Below, piece by piece: positions 1 to 9,151 of a stretch of DNA of 20,000 nt. Both the position numbers and the translations under genes were made by a program. Within the stretch, counting starts at the first letter, position 1, and each line of letters opens with the position of its first letter. The notes under the pieces were generated by a model. It saw only the letters and a list, made by a program, of their open reading frames with translations, did not search any database and was not told where the DNA came from. Source of the DNA: an uncultured virus (IMG/VR IMGVR_UViG_3300042319_001462) (taxonomy: Duplodnaviria > Heunggongvirae > Uroviricota > Caudoviricetes); IMG/VR virus record IMGVR_UViG_3300042319_001462, positions 51,329 to 71,328 of that record, one strand, 5' to 3'.

Positions 1-3000
1 AATCATATTCATACACGGCTCCACTCTGCTGAACTGGATCAGCAAAAGGTGTGCTGTACGAGTCAAAATATGTATTGCCAGCATCAAATGTTGTTGGGGC
101 AATCATGTTACCATTTGGAGCACCCACTATCAAAGTTTGGGTGTCGTCGCTGATGAATAGACCCAGGCCAAAGTTTGCTTGAGTTTGCGGTACTGGGCTA
201 ACAATCTCCTGAGCCCAAGAATAAACAGTTAATCCTAGATCATTAAACAGTGTGCCCGACCCTGGCAAAACTGACATTCTGTTAAATCGCTGAGTTGATT
301 GAATATTTTTAACATTCAGCATCATGCGTCCAGAAACCACAGTGATGTCTGCAGTATTGTATGGCGGAATTGTGAATGTAATCTGTTGAACAGTATTATC
401 GTAGGTGTAATCACTGCCATATGTCTGCAACACATCCTCAATGTATACCACTGTGGTGTAACTAGAAGCATCTGTATAGGTGGTACCAATATCAAACACG
501 CGGGTTGTACCGTCGCCTTGCAACACTAGATCCTCAGTGGGCATTGCAATTACATTGGGTATACCAGCAGTATTGATATCAAGTATCAAGTCAGCAATAG
601 TAGTACCGGTGCATTTGACAAAATAATCATCAATTCGAATGTAGTCATCCTCTGTCAAAACTGGGTTTGCAACAGTGGTGCTTATTGTTCCGTAGAGACG
701 AGCTTGATTTCGATACACTTCAACTTTGCCGGCTTGTGAAAGAATAGCTGAATCATATGGTGACGAAATATACAGACTGCAATCATTCACACACTGATCA
801 ACTTTTAGGCCAAATCTTGCCGCAGCCACTGGGTTATTTGACTGTATGGTTTGCAACAGACTAAATTGATTGGTTTCAATTTGTATAATATCTCCAACTG
901 CTAGAGGAGAAGTAATTGTAACAGTTTTGGTGCCAGTGTCCACACTGTATGTTCCACCAATGTTTAATCCAGTCTGCAACAAATAAACACCGTTGACAGA
1001 CACAGCAACAAATCCTGGAGTCAACATGCTGTTTAGAGTAGTATACTCAGTCTGAGTTGCATCTGTGACTGTAAACTTTTCTAAACTACGATCAAATACA
1101 TAAACCAGTCCTTCTTCATTTGCATCTGAATCTGGACTACCAATCATGACTTGCGAACCAGTAGTGGTTGCACTAACCGATTTACCAAATTGAGCGTCAG
1201 CATCAATACCCGGTACTGTGAGTTTTTCAACAAAATCAAAATGTGAACTACTGTCAACTAAGATTGTTGCGCCAGGTACTGGAATAGTAACGAATGTCAA
1301 TTGAGTAGTGACTGGGTCAAACGTGTAATCAATATTTGGACGATACAACATATCGCCCACTCGCACAGTAAAGGAATGAAGCGAGGTTGCTGTGGCCAGA
1401 GTTTGGTTGAGCGCAAACACACTGGTATTTGACACGCCACTGCCGGTGTAGGAAATTTCACTAATCTCACCAGACAACACATTAGTAACTGCATCCACGG
1501 TGATTGTTATATTGTTAGCCGGGCTTGTTCCGCCGCCAACAACCGATGCATTAATTGTAATGGTGTCGTTAACAGCGTAACCTTGACCTGGTGATTCCAA
1601 GGTAACAGTGTACACGCCACGCACGCGGTTAACTGTGAACTCTGCGCCAAGTCCAGCACCGCTGGTACTTGACGGAGCTACACCGGTATATGTTTGTTGA
1701 TCAAGTTGTGTTAACTGTCTGCGAGTTATTACAATTCTTTGCCCCACTGTAGGAGTAGAGTTAAGCTCTACCGTGGATGCAGTAACAGTGTAGTCGGTGG
1801 AGTTAGTCAACAATACATTGTTTAACACCACAGCCAATTGATCAGGATAGTTTGAGTCAATAACTAGGCTGTCGCTCCAGTTGAACGATGTGGTAATTCC
1901 ATCACCAATATAAGTCACTGACTGAGATTGCACATCAACACGAGTAAATGCATAAACTGCATTGTCATCTGGAGCGCCGATGTACATCCAGCGTTCATCT
2001 TGGCTCATGGTTACAGAAGAACCAAATAATCCCTGCACCGCTTCATCGCCGTCGGGAGCAACCAATAGCTGTCGCTGTTCAAATACATTGCTACCAGGTT
2101 CCACAAAGATTGTAGTAACATATCCTCGATTAGTGTTGCTGGTGCTGGCGCCTGCTACTGCCCAACTTTGAGCGCCAACATCAATCTCGTTGCCGTATCC
2201 AGTTGCATCTGTTGCTTTTAGCAACAAAATGTTGTTTTGTTCATATCGATCTTGGTCTGTACGAACAAACGTGTAGACCGCACCTGGTGCAGTTGCTTGG
2301 TCGGTAGGATTGTATCCCGGTGCTCCAATCAGTGCGCTTAGGTTTTCAAGTCCTTGGGCAACACTTGCTCCAAATTGACTATAGGCCACTGGAGTGGTTG
2401 CTGTTAATGTAGGGTCAACTGTAAACGGTTCAGTTTTTTCCAAAACTGTCCAATTGCCATTGCCGTTGTTATCTACCCAAACTTTAACTCCGGGTAACAG
2501 TTGATCTGCATATGATAATTGAGGTATATCCGATGGCTGTGCAACTCTGTTGGTTTCCAAAGTAAGCCCTAGGCCGTTACCAATTTGGAATCTATCAAAT
2601 GTACTAAACACGTAATCAATTATAACAGTATAGATTCCTGTAACTGCTAGTACTCGATATACTCCATTAACTGAGCTGGAAAAATTCTTGATAACAAGAA
2701 CATCGTCCACTGACAATCCGTGAGCTGCGCCAAATGTAACTTGAGACGCATTGTCTAGGTTGTCTTCAATTCGTAGAATCTGTCCTGGAACTTGTACCAC
2801 TCGGTACACTCCCCAGTCATATGTGTTGACTCGTGCTGTCCAGATTGTAGTGCCAACTCCAATTGAATAGTATTGTTCAATTATCGAGGTTAAATCAATT
2901 AGGTCAAATGTTGTTATGTCAACGTCGTCAAGACTAACGTATCCAGCAGTGGGCAGGCCAACGTCTGTCACTGTGGTGTTTGTTGTGGGCAAGATATTAG

Positions 3001-6000
3001 TTGATGTTATCTTGTAACTGCTTTTCCAAATGTCTTTTAACAGCACTGTTTGGTCGGCTTGTGATGTTTGCTGAGGTTCAACCAGTTGAATCAACGATGG
3101 ATCACTTGTTAACTTGGCTTCGTTCAGTAGAAATTCAACAAAACTTCTGTTGGCATTTGCTCCATACGTGCTACGCAACATGGCCCAGTATTCATATATG
3201 CTGTACTCAGCGATTTCTTTTCCAAGATTAGCTAGACTGAACAAGTTGGTTGCACGAACTGTTCCTTTTGTACCAAGAAACTGTTGATACAGATTGACCT
3301 GACTAACATCGTCAAGATTTAATGACTGCATGTACTGTCGAGGACGGAATCCAATTAGCCCATAGCTGAAAATGTCAACTTCTGTTTCAAGGTTGGCATC
3401 ATATACGCTGTAAGATCGTGCCAGTTGATCGCTGGCGTTGGCAGAGTTAGGCAACAATCCTTTTTGTATTTGTCCGTAGTCGCTCTTGATCCACAGGCTG
3501 AAATCAAATTCTGCGCTGGGCCTGATGATGGTGCTTGCACTCCAGTACTGATCCTTGAACAACACAATGTCGCCCTTGGTGTACTTGCTATTTGGTTGCC
3601 ATTCTTGAATGTTGTCTTGATTGAGAACAAAACCAGGAGCATTAACTGTTCCGTTCCAATCTCCTGTTAGCCATCCCGAAACCAGCACGCGGCTTTGGCG
3701 GGCACCTGTCACAGGATCGTAGATTAGATCAGCAAAAATACTTCGATTGTCCAACACCACCATGTGTTCGTATGCTGTAAATCTCAGATTCAAAAAGTTA
3801 ATAAAACTTGATGTTGTTGTTGAGATTTTAAATGTGTTTTCAAATCGATCAATTACCAACTCGCTTGGAGATATTGCAGTGCGATTTTGATTTAGCACAA
3901 TGCTATCAAGTCTTGGTGGCTGTATGCTTTCAACCACTGCCCCAGGTCGTAGAACTGAAATACTTGTTGCAGCCGGGTTCAAGTTGATAATACTACCTGA
4001 AGTCCATCCTTGGTTGCTCCAATACAAAAATTCCTGTGCCATTTGCGGCCAGTTCATGATATAACCGTTTTCAATTCCTTCAAAAGTCATGCCGCGGTCA
4101 GCCAACAACTTGCCATAGCTGTACAAGAAATCACACACTGCTGCCTGACTGGTGAATACAAATCCATAAGGAATCTGTGCGACTGTATTTGAGTACTCGA
4201 TTGACACACGCTCCTGCGAGCCGCCAGCTGATACCACAACAAACTGTCCTGTTGGCTTGGATACTGCAATTTCAAAATAGCTAGCAACACTGTTGTAACC
4301 AAAAACTGCCCACCCAGTGTCGGTGCGTTGAACAATTACTCCACTATAGGTCACTTGTTCAAAAGGTTGATTTTGATACAACAAAACCTGATAACTTTCG
4401 TCTGGCAGCAACAAGCTGTTGTTTGTACCAGTTGGAGTTGACCGTTCAGAGTAAATTTTTAAATAATTCTTATCAGTAAATGCTGCTGTGCGCCAGCAAA
4501 GTCTTACATCAACATTGGCCAACGTTCTAGATAACAGCGACGAACTATCAACGCCTCGCTGTTGATTATAATCAATAATCCAGTTGTTGTAGCTGGCTTT
4601 GCTAACCCCATTGCCGTATAACGGTGTCAGGTTACTGGCTTCAAGTCTGTAACGGTTATCCCATAGATACTGTTCAATGCCAGTGTTGTACACATAACGA
4701 TCACGATCAGCAAACAGGCTAAAAAATTCAGCTGGTTTTGTTAATGCCAACAAGCGCATGACTGCAAACGGCCAAGCTGAACTGGTTCTCCAGGCGTTTT
4801 CTACAGGACCATCATCACCAAATGTCCAACTACGACGGAAACTGGTTGCATCATAGTTTCCAACTGTAGACTGCAACGGATCCAACAGTGCACCTTCGGT
4901 ACCTGCTGGGATAACAGTTGTTAAGCCTGGACGAGCGTATCGCGGATCAATCCTTGGAGACAACGGATCTGCAATGTACCCACGTTCTAGGTCGCGCCAC
5001 AACACCAAGTTTCCTGATGTGTATGGTGCAGGACCATATGCATCCTCCCACCAATACGGTTCTTGACTAAAACCTAACATTTCCCACGGAGTAGTGTTGG
5101 GTGTGATAGTATCATAGAAATATTCATAGATACCACGCCATGCACCCAACAAAGGTTGCGCGGTGAGACGGTTACCACTCTGACTATAGTTGTAGGTGAA
5201 TGGATTGTTTGGTAGATAGTTTTGTGAAGTATAATCCAACTTGTTCCAGCCAACCCATGATAGAAAATCTGGCAACAAGATTGAATTAATTTCAGTTAAT
5301 GAATAGTCGGTTGTGCGGAACTGCCCAGGGATTACATCATCTGCGTCTAATGGCACCGGTGTAACAATTTTAAGGTTGTTGAAAATACGAGTCTCAAATT
5401 CCAGCAACACATTGTCGCGGTAGTCACCAAACGCTATGGTAATTGACCCATCGTGTCCACGAATCACCAACGTCGGCTCAACGTATGTTTCGTCTAGATA
5501 AATTTCTGGACGGTACGCTGGGTACAAGCCCATCTTTGTGGGCGTGTTGGGGATAAAACTACCATACGTAGTATCGTATTCTCGAATTGTAATTAAATCA
5601 CCAATGGCCAGCGGTGCAGAGATTGTGATTGTTGCGCTGTTGGTAGAAACAGTGTAATCATACCCACGAGTTAGAATTGTACCATTTAAATAAACCAATA
5701 CGCTCTGGAAATTGGACTGGGTAAAATCATAAACTTTATTAATACCAAATACATCTGTGCTGACTTGCGAGTAGGTATAGTTGATTTCTGTGTATGTTTC
5801 GCCACCTGGAATCATGTCACTCCAGTAAAACGGAAACATCTCAGTCTTGCCAAGAGTCATTTCTGACAGCACACTGTCTAGTACTTGGGTTGGTGTTGAA
5901 TTAATAAAGTCGCCTTGGCCCGCAAGATCGGTCAATCGAGCTTTGTACTTGCTGTACTCCTGATTGCTAAAGGTCAGCGAATTAAACAATTCATATTGCG

Positions 6001-9000
6001 GGTCGCGCAGATACACACCGGGTAATACCAGCGGTGATGAATGTTGCACAATGTTTGTGCCGTAAGGAATAATGTCGCCGAGATCGCGAGAATTGTTAGC
6101 ACCGTTAATTACCCCCACTAGACCACGTAAATTTTGTCCAATACTATCGTAGTGTGTGCGAATTGTGCCAAGTGTGAACTGTGGGCTGTTTCCGTTTGGA
6201 GCATTGTTTTCTAAATTCAATGGTACTTGATAGAATCCAATCTTGCTAGCATAGTTGCTGATAACTTGCAGTTCAATTATGGTGTTTACCGGAATCGTAA
6301 CATTGAATGTTATAGTAGTCGACGTGTCGCTTACTGTAGTTGAGTACTTGGTAGTATCAACAAATACTCCATCGGCAAACACTTGCACTGGTGGGTAGAC
6401 TGAACTAGTGTCAACCGGAACGTCTAATATCAGCGGAGTTGCGTCATAGGTAAATCTGAACACCTGGCGGCTACGATTTTTAGCTGCCGCTGGTTGCCAG
6501 CCCAGTTGACTAGAGAATGATGTGCGATCAATGTACTGACGCACAAATCCTGTGCTGATAGCCTGGGTTGTGCTGGTTTTGTCACGCACGTAGATAAATG
6601 TGTCGGTGTAAAGATAATTAGAAAATAGTATATCGCCAACGTTGTTGATGTTCAAAAACTTTAGCGGGAAGCCCAGCACAACGTCGGTAACTGACTGGCC
6701 GCCATCAGTGTAACCAAACAATCGACTACCAGTAAAGGTAGTGCTAGGATATACTGCACGATCACCAAAACTAAATCCATTGATGTCATAAACATCAAAT
6801 AGCGGCGCTTGATTTACTTTGGTTTTTTGCTGTGCCAACTGCCATGTTACACCATTAAACCAAAAGCTTTTGCCTTGTTGATTTAGACCGTTTAAACTCA
6901 CCACGGTCTGATCATATAGCGGATTGCCATCAGCAGCCGGCACTAGATCAATAATCAGTGTTCCAGAATTGGTTGGGTCAATAAATCTAACTGTGTAAAT
7001 TTTGTTTCGCACTGCCGGATCAATGTCGGCTGCAAAAATTACACGAGTACCATTCAAAAAGTTGTAGCCATCTACCCCATATCCAGTCTGTCCGTTGACA
7101 TTGCCAAGTGCGTCGGTGGTTTGAAAGTCAATGATATTAACTGGCTCTTTGGCCTGTGTGCCAGTGTTCCAAAGGTCAAGATTTGCCCGGAATTCAATGA
7201 TTGGTCGTTTTGCACGTTGGTCATTATTGACCACTGAAGGTTGATTGTTTCGTTCAGCACTGTAGTTGATAACATCAATGTGGAACCAACGGTTGCAACG
7301 GCTCCAAGCGTTTCTACTTTGACTAGAGCGGTTCTGTACCAGGTAGTCTGGTACCAACGGTGAATTTAAATTTGCATCGTATCCGCCGGTATCATACGGA
7401 ATGCTTGAATATGGAACAAGTTCACTTGTTGTGTATGTTTCAGGCGTGATCATGTCGGACACTGGCACAAGCCGTATTCCGTTGCCTAATGCCGCACCTG
7501 CAACTGAAGCAGTTGGTAACGGTGCACCTTCTGGTGCCCCTGCTCCAAGATTAGCAATGCTTTCATCAACTGAATCATAAATGTATTGTTGAAAATCAGT
7601 TGACGAGGCCAGGCCAGTAATCTTTTGGCCATTGTACACGTGCCAAGGACCAAAATATGCTTGCCCGTCAACAAATCCAACTTTGGCAATTGATCCAGGG
7701 CCTGTGCCCACTCCTTCAACATAGTATTCTAGATTTTCATATCCAGCAGGACTCGTGACTCCGCGAAATTGTACTTTTAATCCATTGGTAAACACTACAC
7801 CATTTGGGCTGGTATAGTTTTTGGCTCCAATAATTTCGTTGATGTCAATTGGCGCCGACGCATCTGCATCAATTAGTCTAATCTGACCAAAAATTTCTGG
7901 GTTTACACTATCTTGATAGTACAATGTATCTTGTATGGCCGTCAACAAAGGTTGTTGTTCAAAGTAGCCAGTGTCGGCTTTGTACCAAACTGTACTGCTG
8001 TATTGTGTTCCGTAATCAATGCGAAATTTAGTCAGTGCTGGAACTTCAGCAATGCTACTAAGTTGCATAAATGGCTGACCGTCGTTATCGTAGACATAGT
8101 TGATTTGCCAAATGCTGTAACGCTGACTTTGTAGTGTTATGTCAGTGGTTTGGTCAAACAAAATTGAATCATATGTACCAAGTGCACCTGTGTCTCCAGT
8201 GTTTATTGGATCAAACTGTGTGTTAATTTGCCAGCCACCAGCAGCTGGGTCAGAAATCTGATTTGTAAAAATTATTGTTCGACCATCTAACTCAGTGATA
8301 CCATCAACCCCAGTGGGATTGGCTGCTAGGAATGCCGACACGTATATATTGTTGAGTTGATTGAATTTTAATTCTGGCGCAACTAGGTCAACTGGTGCCC
8401 GTGTGTTTAGAGCATAATAAAAATCTTGAGCATTTTTTAACGGAACATCAAAGGTGATAGTACCAACATCGTCGCCGTTGTTGGTTACACCGTATACATC
8501 TCTGCTGCTGATATTTGGTGTTTGCGGTAATCGACCATTAATACCAGGCGCGGCTTGAATCCAAAAATTGTAACCAAGTTGATTGACATCAAATGTATAT
8601 GATCCACCACGTGCTAGTGTGATGACTGGATTGTTACCTAGGACTCCAAAGAATTGATATGCTGTGTCTGTTCGAGTAACTGCAAAATCATCAGTCAACA
8701 ACACATCACTGGATCCAACATCAACTGATGACGGTCCTGTTGGCAACCAATAATATTGGCTGTAGTTATTGAATTTATCAAGGTCGCAGAATGGATCCCA
8801 CGAATAGTATTCGCTTTCAAACAACCGATCTTGACGTGAGACATCGCCTTTTTGCAAATTCAATGCATCAATTATGCCCGGATATGTCATTACATCACGA
8901 GCACGTGATGTGTTGGGGTCCAACAATACCACACCGGGCTCAAGCTGATAGTCTGTACGAGTTGCAGTTGGTTCTGTCAAATATTTGTCAGCAGGATTTA

Positions 9001-9151
9001 CGCCTGGACCAACTCGACGCCCCACGTATCCTTGAGTACGATTAACATTGGGTTCCTGGGTTAATTGGTCTAGGGTTGCTGCCAAAAACTTGCGGTTCGT
9101 ACCTGTACGAAAAATCTCTGGTAAAAGATCAACGGTTCTGTGTAATGCCAT
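1..9151 (-). CDS. Giant baseplate wedge/structural protein (T4 gp7 / P2 gpI-like position and motif), >3050 aa, 3'-truncated by the window edge
   Basis: The ATG at 9151-9149 overlaps the gp6 stop (TAATG). It translates MALHRTVDLLPEIFRTGTNRKFLAATLDQLTQEP..., and the same frame reads as protein at the points I checked (4501: RGVDSSSLLSRTLANVDVRL; 3240-3360: GLIGFRPRQYMQSLNLDDVSQVNLYQQFLGTKGTVRA; base 2: ...PVQQSGAVYEYD). Its absence from the ORF track fits having no in-frame stop before the edge. It lies directly after gp6 and has a Y-x-x-x-x-x-x-KGT motif. Confidence 0.9.
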   Translation of the reverse strand, partial: MALHRTVDLLPEIFRTGTNRKFLAATLDQLTQEPNVNRTQGYVGRRVGPGVNPADKYLTEPTATRTDYQLEPGVVLLDPNTSRARDVMTYPGIIDALNLQKGDVSRQDRLFESEYYSWDPFCDLDKFNNYSQYYWLPTGPSSVDVGSSDVLLTDDFAVTRTDTAYQFFGVLGNNPVITLARGGSYTFDVNQLGYNFWIQAAPGINGRLPQTPNISSRDVYGVTNNGDDVGTITFDVPLKNAQDFYYALNTRAPVDLVAPELKFNQLNNIYVSAFLAANPTGVDGITELDGRTIIFTNQISDPAAGGWQINTQFDPINTGDTGALGTYDSILFDQTTDITLQSQRYSIWQINYVYDNDGQPFMQLSSIAEVPALTKFRIDYGTQYSSTVWYKADTGYFEQQPLLTAIQDTLYYQDSVNPEIFGQIRLIDADASAPIDINEIIGAKNYTSPNGVVFTNGLKVQFRGVTSPAGYENLEYYVEGVGTGPGSIAKVGFVDGQAYFGPWHVYNGQKITGLASSTDFQQYIYDSVDESIANLGAGAPEGAPLPTASVAGAALGNGIRLVPVSDMITPETYTTSELVPYSSIPYDTGGYDANLNSPLVPDYLVQNRSSQSRNAWSRCNRWFHIDVINYSAERNNQPSVVNNDQRAKRPIIEFRANLDLWNTGTQAKEPVNIIDFQTTDALGNVNGQTGYGVDGYNFLNGTRVIFAADIDPAVRNKIYTVRFIDPTNSGTLIIDLVPAADGNPLYDQTVVSLNGLNQQGKSFWFNGVTWQLAQQKTKVNQAPLFDVYDINGFSFGDRAVYPSTTFTGSRLFGYTDGGQSVTDVVLGFPLKFLNINNVGDILFSNYLYTDTFIYVRDKTSTTQAISTGFVRQYIDRTSFSSQLGWQPAAAKNRSRQVFRFTYDATPLILDVPVDTSSVYPPVQVFADGVFVDTTKYSTTVSDTSTTITFNVTIPVNTIIELQVISNYASKIGFYQVPLNLENNAPNGNSPQFTLGTIRTHYDSIGQNLRGLVGVINGANNSRDLGDIIPYGTNIVQHSSPLVLPGVYLRDPQYELFNSLTFSNQEYSKYKARLTDLAGQGDFINSTPTQVLDSVLSEMTLGKTEMFPFYWSDMIPGGETYTEINYTYSQVSTDVFGINKVYDFTQSNFQSVLVYLNGTILTRGYDYTVSTNSATITISAPLAIGDLITIREYDTTYGSFIPNTPTKMGLYPAYRPEIYLDETYVEPTLVIRGHDGSITIAFGDYRDNVLLEFETRIFNNLKIVTPVPLDADDVIPGQFRTTDYSLTEINSILLPDFLSWVGWNKLDYTSQNYLPNNPFTYNYSQSGNRLTAQPLLGAWRGIYEYFYDTITPNTTPWEMLGFSQEPYWWEDAYGPAPYTSGNLVLWRDLERGYIADPLSPRIDPRYARPGLTTVIPAGTEGALLDPLQSTVGNYDATSFRRSWTFGDDGPVENAWRTSSAWPFAVMRLLALTKPAEFFSLFADRDRYVYNTGIEQYLWDNRYRLEASNLTPLYGNGVSKASYNNWIIDYNQQRGVDSSSLLSRTLANVDVRLCWRTAAFTDKNYLKIYSERSTPTGTNNSLLLPDESYQVLLYQNQPFEQVTYSGVIVQRTDTGWAVFGYNSVASYFEIAVSKPTGQFVVVSAGGSQERVSIEYSNTVAQIPYGFVFTSQAAVCDFLYSYGKLLADRGMTFEGIENGYIMNWPQMAQEFLYWSNQGWTSGSIINLNPAATSISVLRPGAVVESIQPPRLDSIVLNQNRTAISPSELVIDRFENTFKISTTTSSFINFLNLRFTAYEHMVVLDNRSIFADLIYDPVTGARQSRVLVSGWLTGDWNGTVNAPGFVLNQDNIQEWQPNSKYTKGDIVLFKDQYWSASTIIRPSAEFDFSLWIKSDYGQIQKGLLPNSANASDQLARSYSVYDANLETEVDIFSYGLIGFRPRQYMQSLNLDDVSQVNLYQQFLGTKGTVRATNLFSLANLGKEIAEYSIYEYWAMLRSTYGANANRSFVEFLLNEAKLTSDPSLIQLVEPQQTSQADQTVLLKDIWKSSYKITSTNILPTTNTTVTDVGLPTAGYVSLDDVDITTFDLIDLTSIIEQYYSIGVGTTIWTARVNTYDWGVYRVVQVPGQILRIEDNLDNASQVTFGAAHGLSVDDVLVIKNFSSSVNGVYRVLAVTGIYTVIIDYVFSTFDRFQIGNGLGLTLETNRVAQPSDIPQLSYADQLLPGVKVWVDNNGNGNWTVLEKTEPFTVDPTLTATTPVAYSQFGASVAQGLENLSALIGAPGYNPTDQATAPGAVYTFVRTDQDRYEQNNILLLKATDATGYGNEIDVGAQSWAVAGASTSNTNRGYVTTIFVEPGSNVFEQRQLLVAPDGDEAVQGLFGSSVTMSQDERWMYIGAPDDNAVYAFTRVDVQSQSVTYIGDGITTSFNWSDSLVIDSNYPDQLAVVLNNVLLTNSTDYTVTASTVELNSTPTVGQRIVITRRQLTQLDQQTYTGVAPSSTSGAGLGAEFTVNRVRGVYTVTLESPGQGYAVNDTITINASVVGGGTSPANNITITVDAVTNVLSGEISEISYTGSGVSNTSVFALNQTLATATSLHSFTVRVGDMLYRPNIDYTFDPVTTQLTFVTIPVPGATILVDSSSHFDFVEKLTVPGIDADAQFGKSVSATTTGSQVMIGSPDSDANEEGLVYVFDRSLEKFTVTDATQTEYTTLNSMLTPGFVAVSVNGVYLLQTGLNIGGTYSVDTGTKTVTITSPLAVGDIIQIETNQFSLLQTIQSNNPVAAARFGLKVDQCVNDCSLYISSPYDSAILSQAGKVEVYRNQARLYGTISTTVANPVLTEDDYIRIDDYFVKCTGTTIADLILDINTAGIPNVIAMPTEDLVLQGDGTTRVFDIGTTYTDASSYTTVVYIEDVLQTYGSDYTYDNTVQQITFTIPPYNTADITVVSGRMMLNVKNIQSTQRFNRMSVLPGSGTLFNDLGLTVYSWAQEIVSPVPQTQANFGLGLFISDDTQTLIVGAPNGNMIAPTTFDAGNTYFDSYSTPFADPVQQSGAVYEYD
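2..2400 (-). repeat. FG-GAP-like beta-propeller blades (at least 6) within the giant ORF
   Basis: Manual translation gives QFGASVAQ..ALIGAPG..GAVYTF (~2260-2380), GYGNEIDV..AVAGA..GYV (~2115-2200), LFGSSVTM..MYIGAPD..AVYAF (~1945-2030), QFGKSVSA..VMIGSPD..GLVYVF (~1095-1195), RFGLKVDQ..LYISSPY..GKVEVY (~712-815) and NFGLGLFI..LIVGAPN..SGAVYEY (~5-178). Confidence 0.8.
340..6470 (-). repeat. Dispersed ~65-70-aa beta-sandwich modules (GDG.T..F ... V.LNG..L....DYT......I.F...P..G..I.I) within the giant ORF
   Basis: About six degenerate copies are recognisable by eye at ~6265-6470, ~5575-5790, ~1715-1920, ~1255-1450, ~860-1080 and ~340-535. Examples are GDGITTSF..VVLNNVLLTNSTDYTV..PTVGQRIVI, GDGTTRVF..VYIEDVLQTYGSDYTY..ITFTIPP and VYLNGTILTRGYDYTV..APLAIGDLITI. 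The repeat is at protein level only. Confidence 0.7.

Noticed and set aside
299..9045. Many 60-95-aa ORFs on both strands in the ORF track
   Set aside because: They all overlap the giant minus-strand ORF in other frames and have no recognisable motifs, so they are shadow ORFs.
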